A DNA stretch of 64,000 nucleotides from NCBI GenBank assembly GCA_038231275.1, contig JBBRLQ010000027.1, forward strand, positions 32,001-96,000, read 5' to 3'. This stretch comes from Polyangiales bacterium (GTDB taxonomy: Bacteria; Myxococcota_A; Polyangia; Polyangiales; Polyangiaceae). The notes below the pieces were generated by a model. It had not been told where the DNA came from and did not search any database. It worked only from the letters and a program-made list of their open reading frames with translations. Below are positions 58,888 to 64,000 of this stretch, piece after piece (within the stretch, counting starts at the first letter, position 1; the number at the start of each line of letters is the position of its first letter). Both the position numbers and the translations under genes were made by a program.

Positions 58888-60264
58888 TCACTCGAACAGG
58901 TGATCGAGGATGATGCGCTTCACGTCCGTGACGTGGGCACCCTCCTTCGGCAAGAGCGACGGCTCCGTCGAGAGGAGCACCGGCTGCTCGTCGGGCTTCG
59001 TGCTCGGGACGCCGTGCGAGCCCTTCACGAGCGACGCGTCGAGCGGGATGACGTCCATCAAGTAGCGAAAGCCGAGCATCTTCTGCGCGAGGCGGAAGGC
59101 GACCTTGAGCTGCGGGATCGGGAGCGCCGGATCGACGAAGAGCTCGACGGGGTCGTAGCCAGGCTTCCGGTGGATGTCGACGGTGCGTGCGTAGTCGGGG
59201 GCTTTGGCGTCGTCGTTCCAGAAGTAGTACGTGAACCACGCGTCGCGATCGGCGAGCAGCACCAAATCCCCGCCGCGCTCGTGGTGAATGGCCCGGGCTT
59301 TCTGGCCTTCTGCGTCGAGCACCTCGGCGACGCCCGGCAGCTTCGCGAGGAGCGCCTTCACCTCGGGCAGGCGCGTGGCGTTCTTCACGTACACGTGCGC
59401 GATCTGGTGATCGGCGACGGCGAACGCCTCGCTGCCGCCGCAGTCGAGCTTCTCGGTGCCGCGCTCACGCCGCACGCGAAGGAGGCCGGCGTCGCGGAGC
59501 GCGCGGTTCGGATGCACGGCGCGCGACACCTTGGTAATGACGTACTCGGACACGATCATCACGCGCGCGCCGGCCTTCGTGAAGTGATCAACGAGATCGC
59601 CGACCACGTCGTCGACCTCGCGGAGGGCCTTGGCGATGCGCGGATCGCCGGGCCCGAAGCGCTGCAGGTCGTAGTCGAGGTGCGGCAGGTACACGAGCGA
59701 GAGGGTCGGCTTCTTCTCGTCGAAGACGCGCTTGGACGCCTCGGCGATCCACTGCGTCGAGCGAATGCCGGCGCGCGGCCCCCAGAAGTCGAAGAGCGGA
59801 AACGCGCCGAGCGACGCGTTGAGCTCGTCACGCAAGTCCTCGGGCTCGGTGTAGATGTCCGGGATTTTCAGCCCGTCGGCGGGGTACATCGGCCGCGGGG
59901 TCACCGCGAAATCGGCCGACGAGTACATGTTGAACCACCAGAACATCTTCGCGCACGTCACGCTGGCGTCGCGTTTGCGCGCGGTCTCCCAGACCTTCTC
60001 GCCGATGGTGATGCGGTTCACCTGACGCCAGAGGAGGACCTCGGCGAGATCCTTCCAGTACCAACCGTTGCCCACGACGCCGTGCTCGGAGACCGGAAGA
60101 CCCGTGAGCATCGACGCTTGCACACTGCATGTAACCGCCGGAAGCAGCGTCGTGAGCGGCCGCGCGCCGTCCTGCGCCTTCGCGAGGCGCGCGAGGTTCG
60201 GCGTGTGCTCGCCGATGAGCCCGGTGGCGAGCCCGACGACGTCGAGGACGACGGTGCGCTTCAA
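58888..60264 (-). CDS. eboF: Alkaline phosphatase/nucleotide pyrophosphatase family protein of the ebo cluster
   Basis: LDVVGL, PAVTCSVQ, YLPHLDY.LQRFG, SEY, AVADHQIAH, DIHRKPGYDP.ELF, KGSHG; TTG start. Confidence 0.9.
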   Translation of the reverse strand: MKRTVVLDVVGLATGLIGEHTPNLARLAKAQDGARPLTTLLPAVTCSVQASMLTGLPVSEHGVVGNGWYWKDLAEVLLWRQVNRITIGEKVWETARKRDASVTCAKMFWWFNMYSSADFAVTPRPMYPADGLKIPDIYTEPEDLRDELNASLGAFPLFDFWGPRAGIRSTQWIAEASKRVFDEKKPTLSLVYLPHLDYDLQRFGPGDPRIAKALREVDDVVGDLVDHFTKAGARVMIVSEYVITKVSRAVHPNRALRDAGLLRVRRERGTEKLDCGGSEAFAVADHQIAHVYVKNATRLPEVKALLAKLPGVAEVLDAEGQKARAIHHERGGDLVLLADRDAWFTYYFWNDDAKAPDYARTVDIHRKPGYDPVELFVDPALPIPQLKVAFRLAQKMLGFRYLMDVIPLDASLVKGSHGVPSTKPDEQPVLLSTEPSLLPKEGAHVTDVKRIILDHLFE

Positions 60265-60274
60265 TGGGCCCGTC

Positions 60275-61156
60275 TCACGTGCGCGCGGGCGTTTGGCCGC
60301 GGAGGACCGAGTTGCCCTCGAAGAGCTCCGCTTGGTCGTACGACGCGTTCGACGCGAGATCGGCCGCGACGATGCGCCCGGTTTGGCCGAAGAACGCGAT
60401 CGGGTTCTTCCACACGATCGTCTCGATGTCGGCCGCGACGATGCCGGCGTCCTTCATCGCGATGGCGGTCTTCGGCACCTTGAGCGGATCGCTGACGCCC
60501 CAATCGGCGGCGCTGTTCACGATGATGCGCGACGGCCCGTACTTCTTCACGAGAGCGGCCATGCGCGGCTCGTCCATCTTCGTGTTCGGGTAAATCGAGT
60601 GCCCTGCCCAGCACCCCGTCGCGAGGACGAGCGGCAAGGTCTCCTCGTTGTTGTGGTCGATGAGGACGCGCTCTTCGGCGAAGCGCTGCTCCTTCACGAC
60701 GGCGAGGCTCCGCTCGGTGCCGCGCTTCTTGTCGCGGTGCGGGGTGTGGATGAGGACCGGCAGATCGAATTTCTTCGCGAGCTCGAGCTGCGCGGCGAAG
60801 AACTTCTCCTCGGCCGGCGTCTGATCGTCGAAGCCGATCTCGCCGACCGCGACGACGCCGTCCTTTCCGAGGTAGTGCGGCATCAAGTCCAGCACGCCCT
60901 GGGCGACGTTCGGGTTGTTCGCCTCCTTCGGGTTCAGGCCGATGGTGCAGAAGTGCGTGATGCCGAATTGGCTCGCGCGGAAGCGCTCCCAGCCGAGGAG
61001 GGCCTGGAAATAGTCCTCGAACGTGCCGACCTTCGTGCGCGGCTGGCCGAGCCAGAACGCGGGCTCGATGATCGCGCGGATGCCCGCCTTCGCCATCGCC
61101 TCGTAGTCGTCGGTCGTGCGGCTCGTCATGTGGATGTGCGGGTCGAACAGCTTCAC
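60275..61156 (-). CDS. eboB: TatD-family hydrolase of the ebo cluster
   Basis: FDPHIHMTSRTTDDY, EPAFWLGQPRT, GLNPKEAN, HTPHRDK, DHNNE, NSAADWG.SDPL.VPKT; GTG start overlapping the eboA stop. Confidence 0.9.
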   Translation of the reverse strand: MKLFDPHIHMTSRTTDDYEAMAKAGIRAIIEPAFWLGQPRTKVGTFEDYFQALLGWERFRASQFGITHFCTIGLNPKEANNPNVAQGVLDLMPHYLGKDGVVAVGEIGFDDQTPAEEKFFAAQLELAKKFDLPVLIHTPHRDKKRGTERSLAVVKEQRFAEERVLIDHNNEETLPLVLATGCWAGHSIYPNTKMDEPRMAALVKKYGPSRIIVNSAADWGVSDPLKVPKTAIAMKDAGIVAADIETIVWKNPIAFFGQTGRIVAADLASNASYDQAELFEGNSVLRGQTPART

Positions 61157-61734
61157 GAGGCCACCTCTTTCATGATTCCTGACAAGTCCGCGGGAACCGG
61201 CCTTCCCGCGGCGCGACGCTCGGCGGCGAAGTCGGCGGCCATCCGCGCGAGCTCGTCGTTCTTCCGCGCGGCGAGACCGACGATGCGCGCGAGGGCCACG
61301 CCGTTGAATGACGCCTTCAGCACCATCTGGTTGAAATTCAGCTCGGGGAAGAAGCGCTCGGGGTACGTGTTCTCGCAGGCGATCGCCTCGAAGATCGTGA
61401 GCACGTTGGTGCGACATGCCTCGATGGCGAGCGGCAGGAATCGCTCAGGATCGGCGAGGAGCGGGAGCGCCTTCAGCACGGCCTGGCGCTCACGGTTGTC
61501 GCCGCGATCGTAGAGCTCCTCGGGCGACACCGACGCCGCGCCGCGAACCAAGAGCGCCGCGCGCGCGACCTCGTCGGTGCCCCACGTGCCGCGGCCCGGA
61601 ACGACGCACGGCTCCTTGCCCACCGCGCGCGCGGCGCCGGAGAACGCCGCGAGGAGCGCGAGGCGATCGTCGGCGGCCACCGACACGACCCACTCGTTCG
61701 CCGTCGCCGGCAGCGCGTCGAGGAAGACCGTCAT
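61153..61734 (-). CDS. eboA: EboA domain protein
   Basis: W..DEVAR.LL, Y..GD..ERQAVL.ALP, EACRTN...F.AIA..N.YP..F....FNQMVLK, ER.AAGR.VP. Confidence 0.88.
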   Translation of the reverse strand: MTVFLDALPATANEWVVSVAADDRLALLAAFSGAARAVGKEPCVVPGRGTWGTDEVARAALLVRGAASVSPEELYDRGDNRERQAVLKALPLLADPERFLPLAIEACRTNVLTIFEAIACENTYPERFFPELNFNQMVLKASFNGVALARIVGLAARKNDELARMAADFAAERRAAGRPVPADLSGIMKEVAS

Positions 61735-61796
61735 CGAAGGCCGAACGTAGCACGCGGACCGGCGTGCGGCGGCGGTCGGTGGTAGAGAGATCGGCC

Positions 61797-62234
61797 ATGG
61801 ATCTCCCCGCGGACTACGACAAGGCGCTCGAGCTCATTTTGGCGGATTTCAAGGCCCAGATCGGCACGATCCACGTCCTCGAAGCGGACGGGATGCTCCA
61901 CTTGCGCGCGCACTCGCGAGGGATTCCGGAGCCGGTCTTGGCGGCGAGCCGAGTCATCCCGATCGGCAAGGGGATCGCGGGCCTCGCCGTCGAGCGCAAG
62001 GCTCCCGTGAATCTGTGCAATCTACAAACGGACAAGAGCGGCGACGCGCGGCCGGGGGCGAAGGCGACGGGCGCGATGGGATCGCTCTGCGTCCCGATGC
62101 TCGACGGCGAGCGCGCGGTGGGTGCGCTCGGCATCGCGGCGATGGGCGAACGAAACTTCACGAAGGAAGAAGAGGATCGGCTCCTCGACCTGGGCCGGCA
62201 GCTGGCCTCGCGCGCCTCCCCTCGCGCCTCCTGA
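61797..62234 (+). CDS. Stand-alone GAF domain protein
   Basis: IPIGKGIAGLA..R.PV..CNLQ, SLCVPM...VGALGI, F..EE..LL; start MDLPADY. Confidence 0.85.
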   Translation: MDLPADYDKALELILADFKAQIGTIHVLEADGMLHLRAHSRGIPEPVLAASRVIPIGKGIAGLAVERKAPVNLCNLQTDKSGDARPGAKATGAMGSLCVPMLDGERAVGALGIAAMGERNFTKEEEDRLLDLGRQLASRASPRAS

Positions 62235-62296
62235 GGAGCGCGCCCGAATCGGCCTCCGCGAGGCGAGCGGTGCTATCCTGGTCGCTGGAGGACGCG

Positions 62297-63214
62297 ATGC
62301 GAAGAGCGCTCGGTCTTGCGGTTTCCTTCGTGGTGCTCGCGACCGCGAGCTGTAGCTCCGACTCGAGCGCCCCCTCGGCGCCGGGCCCCGTGAACGGAGC
62401 CGACGGCGGCCTCGTTGCCGATGGCACCGCGCCGCCGGGTGACGGTAGCCTTCCGCCACAAGACAGCGGCGCAGCCGTCGATGCCGCAAAGGACGGCAAT
62501 GCGCCTCCTCCTCAAGACGGGTCCACCGCGCTGACGTGCGCGAGCGCCGGACTCCTCTTTTGCGACGACTTCGAGTCGTACCCGCTCGGCACCGCGAAGG
62601 GCGGTAAGTGGACGCCGGTCACGAACAACGGGACCCTCACGATCGACACGGCGCACGTGCGCGGGGCGAAGGCGCTCCACGTCAGCACGCAGTTGAATGG
62701 CTTCGCGTACGCGCGCCTCGGAGCGTTCGCGCCGCCGAACAACAGCTTCTTCGGGCGCATGTACGCGTGGGTCACCGCCTACCCGAGCGCGCCGGACTAC
62801 GCACACTTCACGCTGGTGGAAGCGGCGGCCGGCAGCGGCACACTCGTTCGCCCCATCGGCGGGCAGTACGTCCCCAACCAAGGTCCGCTCCTCGGCACCG
62901 GCAGCGACGGCGGTCCGACGGGGGATTGGGAGAATTGGAAGGCGTCGGCCCCCGCGCAAGCAGGCGCGTGGAAATGCTTCGAGTGGGAGCTTCGCGCGAA
63001 CGACAACGTCGTCAACGTATGGGTGGACAGCATCGCCAAGACGGATCTCACGGTGTCGACGAAGTCGCATGGTGGCACCCAGGTCGACTTCGTCTTTCCG
63101 ACGTTCGATCACGTCTGGTTCGGCTGGTGGCTCTACCAGGGTGGCTCGACGCCGACCCAGTTCGACATTTGGCTCGACGACATCGTGCTGAGCACGACGC
63201 GAATCGGCTGCTGA
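62297..63214 (+). CDS. Lipoprotein with Cip1/polysaccharide-lyase-like beta-sandwich domain
   Basis: Lipobox TASC, Pro/Gly linker, FCDDFE, W.CFEW, FGW..YQ, DIWLDD....RIGC. Confidence 0.7.
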   Translation: MRRALGLAVSFVVLATASCSSDSSAPSAPGPVNGADGGLVADGTAPPGDGSLPPQDSGAAVDAAKDGNAPPPQDGSTALTCASAGLLFCDDFESYPLGTAKGGKWTPVTNNGTLTIDTAHVRGAKALHVSTQLNGFAYARLGAFAPPNNSFFGRMYAWVTAYPSAPDYAHFTLVEAAAGSGTLVRPIGGQYVPNQGPLLGTGSDGGPTGDWENWKASAPAQAGAWKCFEWELRANDNVVNVWVDSIAKTDLTVSTKSHGGTQVDFVFPTFDHVWFGWWLYQGGSTPTQFDIWLDDIVLSTTRIGC

Positions 63215-63217
63215 CGC

Positions 63218-64000
63218 ATGAGGGGCTCCGCGTGGAGGACCGGCGTACGTTTCGCGGGGATCGCCCTCGCGCTCGCCCTCGCGCTTTCGAGCGCGCGCGT
63301 GGCGGCAGCACCGCGCGTGGTCGTCGTGTGGGTGGAGGGACCGGACGCGGAGAAGGCCAGAGCCCAGGCCGCCGCGCAGCTCGGCGCGGATTTCACGGTC
63401 GTCGATCCGGCGGCGTGGCTCGCGGCGCTCGCGAAGGAAGGGGCAAAACCGCCTTTTTCGGCGATTGTTCGTGACCCACGAAAGCGCGGGAAGCTGATGT
63501 CCCAGGCGCGGAAGGCTGCCCGCGCCGTCAACGCCGAGGACGTCGTGTTCGTGACGACGAGCGGCAAGCGCAAGGCGGAGAAGGCGGACGTCCTCGTGGT
63601 GGATGTCGCGGACACCGCGAGCGAAGCGCACGTTTCGCTCGCGGCGGAGGACGCGCTCGCGAGCGCCGTCGCGGGAGAGCTCGCAAGGGCGCACCCCGCG
63701 AGCGCCAAGCCCTCTCCCGCCACGCCACCGCCCGCGGATCCGACCACGACGTCGACCGCGACCACGACCTCGACCGCGACCCCGACCGCGACCCCGACCC
63801 CGACCCCGACCGCGACCCCGACCGCGACCGCGACCTCCGACGTGACGCCCGATCGCCCCTCCGCGGCCACCCCGCGACCGCGTCACGTCGTCGGCACCGA
63901 CCTCTTCGACGTCTCCCTCGGCCTCGAAGCGGGGCATCGTCACTTCCGGTACAACGACGGCCTCACCTCGAACCTGCGCAGCTACAACCTCGCCGTCGCT
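63218..64000 (+). CDS. Secreted hypothetical protein, partial (runs off the window)
   Basis: MRGSAWRTGVRFAGIALALALALSSARVAAAPRVVVVWVEG; frame appears open to the window end; (PT/AT)n linker at ~63745-63840. Confidence 0.7.
   Translation, partial: MRGSAWRTGVRFAGIALALALALSSARVAAAPRVVVVWVEGPDAEKARAQAAAQLGADFTVVDPAAWLAALAKEGAKPPFSAIVRDPRKRGKLMSQARKAARAVNAEDVVFVTTSGKRKAEKADVLVVDVADTASEAHVSLAAEDALASAVAGELARAHPASAKPSPATPPPADPTTTSTATTTSTATPTATPTPTPTATPTATATSDVTPDRPSAATPRPRHVVGTDLFDVSLGLEAGHRHFRYNDGLTSNLRSYNLAVA

Overview
High-GC bacterial DNA whose gene content points to a myxobacterium (Polyangiaceae/Labilithrix-like; inference). The indicators are HRD(V/F)SPQN Ser/Thr kinases, PEGA/TPR proteins, a TSP3-OmpA protein, an MXAN_5187-family protein and Cys-rich lipoproteins. 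About 55 genes are densely packed, including lexA, ruvB, trxB, folB, ndh, an acyl-CoA synthetase, M2 and M64 peptidases and a two-component pair. I saw no rRNA, tRNA or CRISPR array. Most notable: (1) a frameshifted ~3 kb lipoprotein gene fusing a PQQ sugar-dehydrogenase propeller, two CxxCH haem motifs and a CBM20-like domain, behind a sigma54/IHF-type promoter; (2) a complete ebo gene set split into convergent halves (eboDEC and eboABF) about 13.7 kb apart, with eboABF running into a beta-barrel gene and an IorAB/cytochrome c operon; (3) a 626-bp CTAG-flanked element whose ~135-bp inverted ends carry several hairpins with compensatory stem changes around an IS1182-like transposase fragment; (4) two kinase-PEGA-lipoprotein cassettes; (5) an orphan gene bracketed by structured DNA; (6) a 45-aa lipoprotein missed by the ORF track. 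All product calls come from motif recognition by eye; no database searches were run.
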